A DNA stretch of 55,048 nt from a virus. Its lineage: Duplodnaviria; Heunggongvirae; Uroviricota; Caudoviricetes. Below are positions 14,323 to 24,297 of the stretch, piece by piece. The first letter of the stretch is position 1. Each line of letters opens with the position of its first letter. The position numbers and the translations under genes were made by a program. Location of the stretch: IMG/VR virus record IMGVR_UViG_2541047910_000003, positions 1-55,048 of that record; one strand, 5' to 3'. The notes below the pieces were generated by a model that worked only from the letters and a program-made list of their open reading frames with translations, searched no databases and was not told the origin of the DNA.

Positions 14323-16401
14323 TTACTTATTAACCCAACCTGTAGCATTTGTGTTGCTTTCCTTTATATAAAGTACTGTATTTCCACCTCCATCAGAACG
14401 AGTGTAAATAGAACCAACTGGTGCTCCAACTCCGCTAGATGTTGGGTTGCCTTCTTGCCCAAATATCACAAGTGAGCTTTTATCTGTAGCTTGATTATTC
14501 TGTGTGGCTGATGTTCCAAATGAAACATTCCCTATAAATGACACGCTCTTACAGCTTGATGTAGCAAATATACCAACTGATGGTTTATTATTTGCAACGC
14601 CATCACGAATTTGATTTGAACTAACAATTACATTTTCTGCACCAGAGTCAATTCGTATGCCATTATGGTTATTATCTGCGGTAGAAACCCCAACTATAAT
14701 GTTTGATTGAATAGTAACATTTGAATATTTACCATTAATATGAATCCCATGCAGGGAAATATTTCTAAAGATGTTGCTAGAAATTACAACATCATGCGAA
14801 AAACCAGACCCTATAAATTCTTCTGCATTAGTTTCAGAAATCCATAAAGAACTTGATGTTCCTGAATCGTATTCATTATTAGAGATGATTGATTTGTTAA
14901 TAAAATCACCTTTGAAAAAACCGATTCCGCCTCTTGCTGTGTTTCCAGTGACAGTTAGTCCTGAAACCCATCTTGCGTCTACTGCATATGATTGAGACTC
15001 TGTAATAAAAATGGAATTGTTGGATATTACGATATCTTCATGAAATGCATCTGATGTATCTGTATATGGATATGTAGGTGCAGCCAGAAGAATCGGGGAT
15101 CTAACGCCTTCAAAATAATTGCCAACAATGCGCCCCCTCCTTGCCCCCTGTGGTTTTGATGATGATGGGAATGGGGTTACATGAACTCCTCGCGCGGTAC
15201 TGTTATAGAAAGAGCATCCGCTAACCACCCAATCATACCAGTTGAAAACCCTTACCCCGGCAAAGAGCATTCCATCGAACCTGCAGTTTATGACCCTTAT
15301 ATTTTTGTCCTGATTCCCATATGAATTAGCATGGTTCCCAACCCCCCCCCCCCACGCCCCAAACCCAGTGGTGGTATTTTGTGGATTTGAACCAAAATAA
15401 CAGTTATCAACAAGAACATTGATGTTTGGGTAATAATCGCCAAGAGATTCAATCCCCGGATCTAACTGGATCGCTTCTGAATAATTTCGGTTGGAAAGTG
15501 GTTTGAAGCCAAGAAACTTACAGTCTCTTATAATCACCCCTTGCCCGTCAGCAATATCTACAGCATGAAAATCGACTACATCAAGAAATGTTACTCCAAC
15601 AATAGAAAGATTTCTTGGTGAGGAGGCTGCAATGATGTCAAAAGGATCTGTAGGGTGGTCTTGTCCTCCTCCATCTAGTATTCCGCCTGTTATTTTAATG
15701 TTAGTGCCAGTATTAGGGCTTATTCTCAGCATGACGTCATTAGAAAAATTACGTTTAATGGTTACGCCATCAGTCATCTTTAGGTGAGTATTTGATTTTA
15801 TTTGCAACTCAGAAAGCAAAGTATATATGCCTGGTAGTGAAAACTGTAGTGTACCTCCTCCAATGCTATATATTGCATCTAGCGCAAATTGCAGAGCTAC
15901 TTTATTGTCAGCATTCGATGGATGAGCACCGAAGTCAAGAACATCAATGATTTGTTGGTTCTTTTGGTGTTGAGTTTGATTTGCTGCTCCGGGGAATGGT
16001 TGTTTCACCGACACTAATTCATCCCCATCACCATCATCAAAGGATGCCAACCTCTTCTGAAACTGATCAGGGTCATACTTCAGCACATTAGGAAAATAAA
16101 ACTGCTGCGCACCATACGCATCATAAACCGCCATAGAATGGCCTTGCACAGTTACGAACTTGGCAATCTGTCCGTTATATACAGGGTAACCAGCAGCGTT
16201 AATGATGATTGGTTGAGAAACAGGAACGTGAGAACCATCTTCGTTCTCAACATAGACCTGAATCTGGTTTTCAGGATTTACCGGGTCAGTGTCAATTTTA
16301 CCGATATAAATTTTGCCATTGGCTACGGCTTTAAAAGAACGAGCCATAGTGAAGAGTTGCGAAGGCATACTCACTACAACATTGGCTGTAATGTCTGTCA
16401 T
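14323..16401 (-). CDS. tailspike (P22 gp9-type head-binding domain plus beta-helix receptor-binding domain)
   Basis: The N-terminus [64 protein letters not shown] matches the conserved P22-family tailspike N-domain as I recall it. The remainder is Asn/Gly/Ser/Thr/Ile-rich, as in parallel beta-helices. Confidence 0.9.
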   Translation of the reverse strand: MTDITANVVVSMPSQLFTMARSFKAVANGKIYIGKIDTDPVNPENQIQVYVENEDGSHVPVSQPIIINAAGYPVYNGQIAKFVTVQGHSMAVYDAYGAQQFYFPNVLKYDPDQFQKRLASFDDGDGDELVSVKQPFPGAANQTQHQKNQQIIDVLDFGAHPSNADNKVALQFALDAIYSIGGGTLQFSLPGIYTLLSELQIKSNTHLKMTDGVTIKRNFSNDVMLRISPNTGTNIKITGGILDGGGQDHPTDPFDIIAASSPRNLSIVGVTFLDVVDFHAVDIADGQGVIIRDCKFLGFKPLSNRNYSEAIQLDPGIESLGDYYPNINVLVDNCYFGSNPQNTTTGFGAWGGGVGNHANSYGNQDKNIRVINCRFDGMLFAGVRVFNWYDWVVSGCSFYNSTARGVHVTPFPSSSKPQGARRGRIVGNYFEGVRSPILLAAPTYPYTDTSDAFHEDIVISNNSIFITESQSYAVDARWVSGLTVTGNTARGGIGFFKGDFINKSIISNNEYDSGTSSSLWISETNAEEFIGSGFSHDVVISSNIFRNISLHGIHINGKYSNVTIQSNIIVGVSTADNNHNGIRIDSGAENVIVSSNQIRDGVANNKPSVGIFATSSCKSVSFIGNVSFGTSATQNNQATDKSSLVIFGQEGNPTSSGVGAPVGSIYTRSDGGGNTVLYIKESNTNATGWVNK

Positions 16402-16458
16402 TTAATTTGCTCCAGATACAATGAATCGCCGCAGCGTGGCCACGGTGAATTTTGGGCA

Positions 16459-16482
16459 TAAAAAAACCCAGCCGAAGCTGGG
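16459..16482 (-). terminator. intrinsic terminator between ant and the tailspike gene
   Basis: On the minus strand: cccagc-ttcg-gctggg followed by TTTTTTT. Confidence 0.8.
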
Positions 16483-16501
16483 TCGTTGCGTTGGTTATCT
16501 G

Positions 16502-17425
16502 TCAGTAGTTATGTACTGAAGGAGGTAATTCTTTGTTCTTAAGTCTTATCCATGCTGAAAGGTTTGTTGGTCCGTCTGGCTCATTAATATCAACATCTCG
16601 TGTATGGTTGATTAAAACATCTCTCGCCATATCGATAATACGGGAGAACTCATAACCGCAGTCATGACATCTGCCGGAATAGTTCGATTGAATTTGTTTT
16701 AGCGCCGGATACAATTCGCGGAATAATGCCTGTGAGCGGTTGGCATAATCCCATAGCCATACAAGGCTGTTTGCTTCTTTTGCAGAAAGCTCGTTGGTTT
16801 TCTTCTCTTGTTTGCCAATGAACTCACCTTCAAGCGGAACTCGAGCTGCAAGTGACAGTGCTTCGGTAAACTGCTCCTCACTGATTTCTTTGTATGAACA
16901 TCCAAAATGGGATTTCAGTGACGACCACATGGTGATCATCGCCTTAGCCTGTTTTTCCTTTGGCAGAGACTGACCGCGACTCATGACGAGTTGTTTAATG
17001 GCTTCCTGCTGTTCAGTGGTGATTTTACCCGGCAACGCCTTTTTAGCTTTGCGTGGGTTAACTACATGACCTTTAGTCCAGTACTCGTATAGCACATCGT
17101 CACACTCTTCCTGATACTGGATTACCTTGTCGCGGATTTCAGGACGGACTTTGTTTGGCTGAATGCTTGAAAGCCAAGCCGCAAACTTACGAAAGGCAAG
17201 GCATATCATTAACTGTTTACCGCCAGCAGAAGGTATTTCGATTTCCGAAATACCTTTGACAAATCTCTGTTTTAATTTAACAAATTGAGCAGCCCAAACC
17301 ATACCCATGCCTTCTACAACGGGTTTCATAGGAACGTAAGGTTCATTGTTAATGCTGACCAAAAAGAGATTTGTTCCGTGGAATGGAACGTTGATTGTAT
17401 GTTCTGCAATTGCTACACTCGTCAT
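16502..17425 (-). CDS. ant: antirepressor Ant
   Basis: 307 aa. PMKPVVEGMGMVWAAQ...NKVRPEIRDKVIQYQEECDDVLYEYWTKG parallels the P22 Ant N-terminal domain. It sits downstream of arc. Confidence 0.85.
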   Translation of the reverse strand: MTSVAIAEHTINVPFHGTNLFLVSINNEPYVPMKPVVEGMGMVWAAQFVKLKQRFVKGISEIEIPSAGGKQLMICLAFRKFAAWLSSIQPNKVRPEIRDKVIQYQEECDDVLYEYWTKGHVVNPRKAKKALPGKITTEQQEAIKQLVMSRGQSLPKEKQAKAMITMWSSLKSHFGCSYKEISEEQFTEALSLAARVPLEGEFIGKQEKKTNELSAKEANSLVWLWDYANRSQALFRELYPALKQIQSNYSGRCHDCGYEFSRIIDMARDVLINHTRDVDINEPDGPTNLSAWIRLKNKELPPSVHNY

Positions 17426-17499
17426 GTCGTTAATTCCTATGCGTGGTTTTACGATACCGAAGCCCTGACTGTTACCGCAGTTGGGGCTTCACTGTTTTT
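17426..17499 (+). ncRNA. sar-like antisense RNA covering the ant translation-initiation region
   Basis: Plus-strand promoter TTGATT (17391-17396), 17 nt, TACACT (17414-17419) inside the 5' end of ant. Terminator gaagccc...gggcttc plus TTTTT at 17459-17499. Same layout as P22 sar. Confidence 0.45.
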
Positions 17500-17710
17500 G
17501 TAAGTCACTGTAGTTATAAAACCACTGACCACTCATTCTTGCTTTGATTGACTCTACTGAATCACGGCAAGGAATGATTCCACCTGACATCATTCTGATC
17601 TCCGTAAATTCACCGCTCCTTACCGACTCAATGCCATTAACGTTAACTAAAGATTTACCTCTACCAAGTGCATTCTCATAGCCAATCTCATCAACCTCAA
17701 TAAACCTCAT
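17489..17710 (-). CDS. hypothetical protein inserted between arc and ant
   Basis: 73-aa ORF whose ATG overlaps the arc stop codon (ATGA). Confidence 0.5.
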   Translation of the reverse strand: MRFIEVDEIGYENALGRGKSLVNVNGIESVRSGEFTEIRMMSGGIIPCRDSVESIKARMSGQWFYNYSDLQKQ

Positions 17711-17865
17711 ACCGTTATCCCCTCTCTCTTCAGGCTGTCCATCACTCGCTTATAAATCTCAGAGTTAACAGATCGCCCGTTCTCTTCAGCTACCTTGCGC
17801 ACCAAATCCAATACTTCTTTAGGCCACCGCAAATTGAACTGCGGCATTTTGCTCATTCCTTTCAT
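17707..17865 (-). CDS. arc: Arc repressor
   Basis: MKGMSKMPQFNLRWPKEVLDLVRKVAEENGRSVNSEIYKRVMDSLKREG is nearly the P22 Arc sequence as I recall it. The track ORF extends upstream to 17928 across the operators. Confidence 0.9.
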   Translation of the reverse strand: MKGMSKMPQFNLRWPKEVLDLVRKVAEENGRSVNSEIYKRVMDSLKREGITV

Positions 17866-17881
17866 ATTCACCTCACAATAT

Positions 17882-17928
17882 GGGTCCACCGTGGACCCAT
17901 TGAGAATATAGTAGAGTGCTTCTATCAT
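17882..17928. promoter_or_regulatory. immI operators: O-mnt palindrome and O-arc, with divergent Pant/Pmnt
   Basis: gggtccaccgtggaccc is a 17-bp palindrome (17882-17898). atagtagagtgcttctatcat (17908-17928) is the reverse complement of the P22 arc operator ATGATAGAAGCACTCTACTAT. Confidence 0.8.
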
Positions 17929-17955
17929 GTCAATACACTAACTTGGGGTGATGGC

Positions 17956-18210
17956 ATGGCTAGAGACGATCCGCACTTTAACTTCCGTATGCCTTTGGAA
18001 GTAAGAGAAAAATTGAAATTAAGAGCAGAGGCTAACGGAAGGTCAATGAACTCTGAGTTATTACAAATCGTTCAGGATGCTCTCTCAAAGCCATCATCAA
18101 TTGTAGGCTATCGAGACGAAGCTGAGCGAGTCGCGGATGAGCAATCTGACGTTGTTAAGAAGATGGTCTTTGAAACGCTGAAAAATATTTATAGCAAAAG
18201 TAAGTTATAG
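17956..18210 (+). CDS. mnt: Mnt repressor
   Basis: MARDDPHFNFRMPLEVREKLKLRAEANGRSMNSELLQIVQDALSKP is nearly the P22 Mnt sequence as I recall it. Confidence 0.9.
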   Translation: MARDDPHFNFRMPLEVREKLKLRAEANGRSMNSELLQIVQDALSKPSSIVGYRDEAERVADEQSDVVKKMVFETLKNIYSKSKL

Positions 18211-18259
18211 GCTTATGACGTACAGTTAACCATATCGATATTGGCTCGCGTGATGACAA

Positions 18260-18979
18260 ATGAAAAAAAGCAATGGACTCACATTAAAACTTGACGGAAC
18301 CACCCCTGGCCAGCTGTCAATGGCTAAGTTGGTCAAGTATATGTCTGCTCTCGTAGATCTATACGGTTCTGCAGATTCTGTTCACTTCGACTGTGTAAGT
18401 GAAGGATCGGCTGACTTAAATGCATGGGTCGATAATGATATTTGTTATAACGCTGTCATAGCAAGGGCCTCTCTCTCAGCCAAAGAGAAATCACCCGCGT
18501 ATCAAAAAATTGTTAATTTACTGGAACATGATGGTTTTTCAGCGAAACTACTCGGACGAAACCACTCAACCATTATCGCATTCCCGCGAGTAAAAAAGGA
18601 GCCAATCCCTTTACTCATAACAAAAACATCAGAAGTTCAAGGAAGGCTATACAGTGTTGGCGGAAAAGACAATTCAATACCTGTGCGTATTGAGGGAGCC
18701 AACGGCGAAACATTCAAGTGCGAGGCAACCCCTGATTTGGCGGCAGCTCTTGGGTCCCATCTATTCAAATATATTAGGGTTAAAGGAGATGGGTGCTGGG
18801 AAAAAAAGAACAACAAATGGGAGCTAAAGAAACTAAAAATAACTTCATTTGTATTGCTCAAAAAATCATCACTCAAGGATGCTATTAATGCTATCAAGCA
18901 AGTTCCTGGAGATCAGTGGTCCGAGGAACGCGATGTTGATTCAATCCTTAGGACTCTGAGGAAGATAAATTGCGAGTAA
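18260..18979 (+). CDS. unknown 239-aa protein, upstream partner of the PIN nuclease
   Basis: ORF begins 50 nt after mnt on the same strand. No motif recognised. AT-rich. Its last 10 nt overlap the PIN gene. Confidence 0.6.
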   Translation: MKKSNGLTLKLDGTTPGQLSMAKLVKYMSALVDLYGSADSVHFDCVSEGSADLNAWVDNDICYNAVIARASLSAKEKSPAYQKIVNLLEHDGFSAKLLGRNHSTIIAFPRVKKEPIPLLITKTSEVQGRLYSVGGKDNSIPVRIEGANGETFKCEATPDLAAALGSHLFKYIRVKGDGCWEKKNNKWELKKLKITSFVLLKKSSLKDAINAIKQVPGDQWSEERDVDSILRTLRKINCE

Positions 18980-19518
18980 TTTTAGATACCAATATTCTGG
19001 TATACCTACTATCAGATATAGAACACGATTATAGATTATCTGACCCTATACTTGGTTCTGAGATTCCAGATGCCAAAAGAAGAGCAGAAGCTCTTGTTGA
19101 TCGAATAGATAACAAGAACGGGACAATCATCGTTCCAACTCCTGTATTGGCGGAGTTTTTAGTTGGAATCCATAAAGATTACCAACAAGAAAAACTGAAT
19201 GTTATCAAATCGTTATCGTGCTTCGAAACTGTATCGTTTGATGAGTTGGCTGCTATTGAATGCGCATCGATACCAACATTAAAAGAATTAAGGAAAATTA
19301 GCACAGAAGGTACAGCAAACAAAATTAAGTTTGACAGACAAATAATAGCAATTGCAAGAGCAATTAATGCTGACGAGGTATGGACTCATGATAAGGGAGT
19401 GTTTGAGCGTTGCAAAAGTCTCAATATTCCTGTGTTCACATTATCATCAATAGAACCAATTCCGGTTCAAAGTCTCATGGAGTTCTTACACGATTCAGAC
19501 GATCAGAGATTACACTAA
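18970..19518 (+). CDS. PIN-domain nuclease (VapC-like, extended to 182 aa)
   Basis: MRVILDTNILVYLL is a classic PIN N-terminus. The acidic quartet is D6, E62 (PVLAEF), D122 (KFDRQIIAIA) and D141 (THDKG). TTG start preceded by GAGGAAG. Confidence 0.75.
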   Translation: MRVILDTNILVYLLSDIEHDYRLSDPILGSEIPDAKRRAEALVDRIDNKNGTIIVPTPVLAEFLVGIHKDYQQEKLNVIKSLSCFETVSFDELAAIECASIPTLKELRKISTEGTANKIKFDRQIIAIARAINADEVWTHDKGVFERCKSLNIPVFTLSSIEPIPVQSLMEFLHDSDDQRLH

Positions 19519-19645
19519 AATATAATTTTTATGCATCCGTGATAATTACATCCGTCACGGATACATAAAGCTATAGCCAAAAGTGGACAAACCTTTATCT
19601 CACTCCAAACCATCTGGTATCCTGCGCAAAACTAAGGAGGTTGGT

Positions 19646-20068
19646 GTGTTTGGTATATTAACGAGAAGCAAGATAAAAAAATTAAGGGCAGAACTCGCCG
19701 AAACACAAAAACTGGCTTCACATTTTTACAAAATGAAATACGACGCTGAAGAGCGTGCATTTGTTGAGTTATGCGATTTATCTATTCGTATGGGAGTAGA
19801 GCCAGATGTAGCGGCAAAAACCCAACAAGGCATTGATATACTTGCAGATGTTGTTTTAAACAGGCAATATGCGTTTTATCTAAACGAGAAGGCCATTCAG
19901 ATTTACTCTCAAATCTTCCTCCTAGAAAAAAGAAGAGGAACTCACGATCGAGAAGAGTGGTTAAATGAAGTTGTTAAAAAATCTGGCTGGGAAGTTGTTT
20001 CATCAGAGCTACCTCTTATTTGTGCTGATTTAATCGAAGAGGCAAAAGAGCGCCTATCCGATGGCTAA
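19646..20068 (+). CDS. hypothetical 140-aa protein (third gene of the moron cluster)
   Basis: GTG start 5 nt after a strong AAGGAGG. The track ORF is open from 19583. Helical and soluble-looking. It converges on gp16 with a hairpin at 20072-20087. Confidence 0.5.
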   Translation: MFGILTRSKIKKLRAELAETQKLASHFYKMKYDAEERAFVELCDLSIRMGVEPDVAAKTQQGIDILADVVLNRQYAFYLNEKAIQIYSQIFLLEKRRGTHDREEWLNEVVKKSGWEVVSSELPLICADLIEEAKERLSDG

Positions 20069-20092
20069 ACGAATCCATCCGTGGATTACTAA

Positions 20093-22216
20093 TTACTCCC
20101 GCTCCATTCCGCTTAGCGATGCCACAATCCCAGCCCTCGCTAAGCGCTGAAACTCTTCGTTTCCGACGGTATCACGTATCGCTTTTACAGCAGCTTTATT
20201 TGCCATAAATCTGCGTTCAGCCGCCGCTAATGCACCATCACTTGCCCCAACCTTAACTGCCTTTGTTGCCTCTTGAACAGCCTTTTCAATAGCGTAACGA
20301 CCACTGCGGGATGCAGCTAACTTTTCTATCGTCCCTTTAGCTATAGATCCAGAAACAGCCCCCACAACACCGCCAACAATCCCTCCACCAGTGGTGCCAA
20401 CAATAGCCCCTGATGTTGAATTGCCTATTGCATTGAGAACTGTCATGACAGCTTTTGGCAGTCCTTGCTCAAGAGAGTTAATTGCCGGTATAGAGCGCCC
20501 CGTATGCTCTACATATCGCAGTGGTCTGGTTGCTGCTCTGGCAAGGTCGCTGTATGCCCTAGCAATCTTACCCATTTCTGGCGAGTGCTTGCTAATGGCA
20601 GTAATATTCTGCGGCGTAAGGATCGACGCTATATGGAATACGCCAGCAGACTCTGATTTACCGCCACGCCCCCCTTGCGATACCGCATCTTGTAATATTG
20701 ATGCAATTGCTGGAGATCGCTCAGACTCTGGCAGTGCGCCAATAATCTGATGAAACTTTCCTGTCCCACTTTTTGATGAATTTTGCAAGGCTTTAATACC
20801 ATCAGTGACTAACTGATCAGTTGCAAGGTTTCTAAACGCTGCTTCAGCCTGTTCTTGTGCTGTAAATCTTGCTTTTGACAGATCATTAGCTTTTTGCCAG
20901 TCATCAAGAAAACCGCCATTTTGAGCCATTATGCGCATATCTTCCGTTGCTGCATCACGAAGCTCCGCCATGCGCCTTGCCGTATTTGCCTCACCAGACC
21001 TTATATACTTCTGCTCAGCGTCAGCAAGTTTACTTCGCCATGCCTTCATGGCATCAAACGTGATTCCTTTTTTACCAGTTTTAGCATAAGCAGATGCAAA
21101 TTGTTTCATCTCAGGAGTTAGCGGCATACCAGCCAAAATATCACCCTGAATTGTAGCGTTCAGGTTTGACATTCTGGCCTTTGCGTCAGGCATCGTGGAG
21201 CGGACGCTATCCCATGCTGCCTTTTCTGAGTTCTTCATTTTATCAATACTTGCTAAAACCCTTTGTTTTATGGCTGCACTTTTTTCTGATGCAGATCCAG
21301 CCTCAGCACCAAGTTCATCAAGTGCTGAGTGGAATTTCGACTGTATTTCACTAAAAGCCCTAGTATGTGCATCCTGAACAATTCCTGGTTCGGATGCCAA
21401 TATCCCTTCGGCTTGTGCAATTCCACGACTTCCAGATCGCATTCCTGGTGTTAATGCGTTTATATCAATTCCAGCAGACTCAGCCGCTTTTGCTACATCT
21501 TCGGACACATTAGCGGCCTGACTGGCAATTGACTGACGCCCAGCACCTGACTTTGCCATCCTGGAAACATCATTAGCAGAATTCAGTGCTGCACCACCAA
21601 GAGCCTGTGAAACCCTTGGCGCAATAACGCGCCCGACACCAGAAAGAACGCCTTGAGCACCAATATTGACACCACCGTTAATGGCAGCATTTTGTGCAAA
21701 GTTGCCATCCTGATTTGCAGCATCAGCAAGAGAACCTGCAATCATGTTTCCTGCGGAACCGATATCTCCAGCGAGCTTTGCTGGCGCTCCAGCAGCTTTT
21801 GCCGCTGTGCCAATTGGCAGGAGATACCCACCAATTGTTTCACCGGCTTGCGCGTAAGGGTCTGTCGGTCGATCGACTGGACGATAGACATCATCCAATA
21901 CTTTTGGCCCACCAAGCCCATGACTGATTGCATTAATCAGACTTGCGCCACCCTGCAATACGTCAAATGGTATGTTTACCAGACCACGACCAGCCTGTTC
22001 TGCAATTTGCCCTGCACTTTGACCACCTGTGAGCCAATCGCCAGCTTGTTGCATCAATGATGGTTCTTCACGTGCTGGTTCATTATTGGCCTGATTAACT
22101 GTTTGTTGCTGAACAGCCTGACCAGCAAAATACTCATCAATGGCGGTGCCAATATCTTCGGTGCTCGTACCATCAGGGAAGGTAAATGTCTTACCGTTTG
22201 CAGTTACTTTCATCAT
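20093..22216 (-). CDS. ejection (internal virion) protein, P22 gp16 equivalent
   Basis: 707 aa, Gly/Ala-rich. It is the last of three consecutive ejection-protein genes upstream of the immI region. Confidence 0.8.
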   Translation of the reverse strand: MMKVTANGKTFTFPDGTSTEDIGTAIDEYFAGQAVQQQTVNQANNEPAREEPSLMQQAGDWLTGGQSAGQIAEQAGRGLVNIPFDVLQGGASLINAISHGLGGPKVLDDVYRPVDRPTDPYAQAGETIGGYLLPIGTAAKAAGAPAKLAGDIGSAGNMIAGSLADAANQDGNFAQNAAINGGVNIGAQGVLSGVGRVIAPRVSQALGGAALNSANDVSRMAKSGAGRQSIASQAANVSEDVAKAAESAGIDINALTPGMRSGSRGIAQAEGILASEPGIVQDAHTRAFSEIQSKFHSALDELGAEAGSASEKSAAIKQRVLASIDKMKNSEKAAWDSVRSTMPDAKARMSNLNATIQGDILAGMPLTPEMKQFASAYAKTGKKGITFDAMKAWRSKLADAEQKYIRSGEANTARRMAELRDAATEDMRIMAQNGGFLDDWQKANDLSKARFTAQEQAEAAFRNLATDQLVTDGIKALQNSSKSGTGKFHQIIGALPESERSPAIASILQDAVSQGGRGGKSESAGVFHIASILTPQNITAISKHSPEMGKIARAYSDLARAATRPLRYVEHTGRSIPAINSLEQGLPKAVMTVLNAIGNSTSGAIVGTTGGGIVGGVVGAVSGSIAKGTIEKLAASRSGRYAIEKAVQEATKAVKVGASDGALAAAERRFMANKAAVKAIRDTVGNEEFQRLARAGIVASLSGMERE

Positions 22217-23625
22217 TCCACCGTAAATTGAATGCCTGATTTTGAGGTATATGATCCAACCTGATTCGGTGTTTCTCCTGAAGGTATCGAATCTTGCGCT
22301 GGTGCTGCGTCAGTATTCATTGACATATACCGCTTAACGGCACTCCCCAATGATTCACCTTTTTTAACATCCACCCCCAATATCTGACCGCCATTACGCG
22401 ATTGCCCAGGGTTGCCATTCGCGCTCATCCACTCGGCTTTAAACTCATTAAACTGCGCGTTTCGTCGCTCAAGGTTTGCCATTGCATCAAGCCATCTTGC
22501 GACCGTCTCAGGGTTATCCATGTCAGTTGGCGCACCCTGTCGAACGATCTCAACGTCTTTATCCGTTGCTGGGCCGGGAGGTAGGAATTTAAGAACCTGA
22601 CTGTTAACAAGGGCATTTTGGCGGATGCGCAAATCACGCAATGTCGTATCGCTTCCGGTAAGTTTTGCGAACATGTTCTGTGCGTTACCGAACAAACCTG
22701 TCGTTGGTTTTTCTGCTCTGAACTGTTGAGCAAGCGCACTCATAGAATTGGCTGAGTTTGATGATGCTGTGGCATTGTTTACAGCCGTCTCGATGCCTTT
22801 TTCCATGTTTACTGACAGCTTAGGTGCTTCACTAATCAACTGCTGAGCCTTTTCCTGCGCTTGCTGCATCTTAAACCCGAACTCTTGCTGATCCAGAGCC
22901 AAGCGTTGTGCTGCGATATTGTGCCCAGTCATTGCTGACTGATAGGAAAGGTTTTGCCCTCTCGCCTGAAGTGCTTCACCAGCCTGATTGCTGCGGATTG
23001 TCTCTGCAAGTTTTCCGCGATCAATCTCACGACCAGCCATTTTGTCCTGAACATTGAAGTAATCAATCGGGCCAAGTGCAGCCATTCCAAGGTGATCAAC
23101 AAACTCTGTGAAACCTTGTGGATTTTGCTGATACATTTTCGCCACATCCAGAGGGTCTACTCCGGCACGAGTAAGCTCAGATGAGTTGTTCTGCAACCAT
23201 GACATCATGGCTTCTGGAGATGAAGCTGCGAGTCTGGCACTTGCTGCCAGTGTACCGACAGTGGAACGCTGGTCTTCATCGACAAATTTCATGCCGTTTC
23301 TTACAGCGTCAAACTGCTCAGGATACTGTGATGCCAGTTTTCGCATTGCATCGCGGTCACCAGATGTATACGCATCAGCATAAGCCTGCTGAAACTCTTG
23401 CTGCCGCTTCTGCTGATCCATCTGCTTATACATATCCATGACAGATGAAATGCCCTGCAAAGCCTGCAAGCCAACGTTATTACGTCCTGAACGCTCCATC
23501 TCGTTATTCTGTCGAATGTATGCAAGCGTGGCGTCTGCATCACTTGCTCTTGGAGCGTTGGAGTTCATGCCGCCTAACCCGGCAAGAAGCGCGCCTGAAT
23601 TACCAGCCTGTTGCCATGTAGCCAA
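22213..23625 (-). CDS. ejection protein, P22 gp20 equivalent
   Basis: 470 aa, Q/A-rich. Synteny. Confidence 0.8.
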   Translation of the reverse strand: MATWQQAGNSGALLAGLGGMNSNAPRASDADATLAYIRQNNEMERSGRNNVGLQALQGISSVMDMYKQMDQQKRQQEFQQAYADAYTSGDRDAMRKLASQYPEQFDAVRNGMKFVDEDQRSTVGTLAASARLAASSPEAMMSWLQNNSSELTRAGVDPLDVAKMYQQNPQGFTEFVDHLGMAALGPIDYFNVQDKMAGREIDRGKLAETIRSNQAGEALQARGQNLSYQSAMTGHNIAAQRLALDQQEFGFKMQQAQEKAQQLISEAPKLSVNMEKGIETAVNNATASSNSANSMSALAQQFRAEKPTTGLFGNAQNMFAKLTGSDTTLRDLRIRQNALVNSQVLKFLPPGPATDKDVEIVRQGAPTDMDNPETVARWLDAMANLERRNAQFNEFKAEWMSANGNPGQSRNGGQILGVDVKKGESLGSAVKRYMSMNTDAAPAQDSIPSGETPNQVGSYTSKSGIQFTVE

Positions 23626-23637
23626 GAGACACCTCCA

Positions 23638-24297
23638 TTAAAAAAGTGAACCAAGAAGACCGACGCCAGCACCAATTGCTGTACCCCAACCAGGCATGAT
23701 TGCAGTCCCCATCGCAGCACCTGCCGCAGCTCCACCGAGAGCACTCTGAAAGCCAGACGGTTTATTGGCATTTGCTGCCGCTGCCGCCGCCTGCTGTTGA
23801 TACAATTGGCTGACGTTGTTAGCGTAGTTCTGCCCGGCGTTTGCCTGACCTGTAAGAGCACCAAGGCCGATATTTGCCAGATTGTTGTAGTTGTTCATCT
23901 GACCTGACAGCCAGTTTTGACCGAGTGTAGGTGCGATTGCTGCTAACTGGTTTCCTGTTGCTGTAGAGCCTAATCCACCCGTTGCCTCTGCTGCTGCCAG
24001 ACTCTGATAGCGCGCCTGCCCTGCAAGGTCTTTGTACTGCTGGGAGTTGTAATACTGGTTAAGCGCCTGACCTTGCCCCTGAAGAGAGGAAAGATTTTGC
24101 AACTGTGATACATACTGCTGAGCGAGTGGCGTGAACGGTGCAAGGTTTTGCATGTTCGTCTGCCACATTTCACGCTGCAATTCGATGCCCTTTTCAGTTG
24201 CGCGTGCCTGGGCTTTAGATCCGGAGTCGCTGCCGCCTTTCATATACCCATTCATGGGAAGCAATTTATTCTTGAAGCTTTCGCTAAGTACTAACAT
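23638..24297 (-). CDS. ejection protein, P22 gp7 equivalent
   Basis: 219 aa, Q/N/G/A-rich, with a hydrophobic C-terminus (GAAMGTAIMPGWGTAIGAGVGLLGSLF). Synteny. Confidence 0.8.
   Translation of the reverse strand: MLVLSESFKNKLLPMNGYMKGGSDSGSKAQARATEKGIELQREMWQTNMQNLAPFTPLAQQYVSQLQNLSSLQGQGQALNQYYNSQQYKDLAGQARYQSLAAAEATGGLGSTATGNQLAAIAPTLGQNWLSGQMNNYNNLANIGLGALTGQANAGQNYANNVSQLYQQQAAAAAANANKPSGFQSALGGAAAGAAMGTAIMPGWGTAIGAGVGLLGSLF

Noticed and set aside
20391-23864. Many plus- and minus-strand ORFs of 60-135 aa inside the gp16, gp20 and gp7 genes
   Set aside because: They are alternative-frame shadows of long Gly/Ala/Gln-rich genes. The long minus-strand ORFs account for the region with correct synteny.
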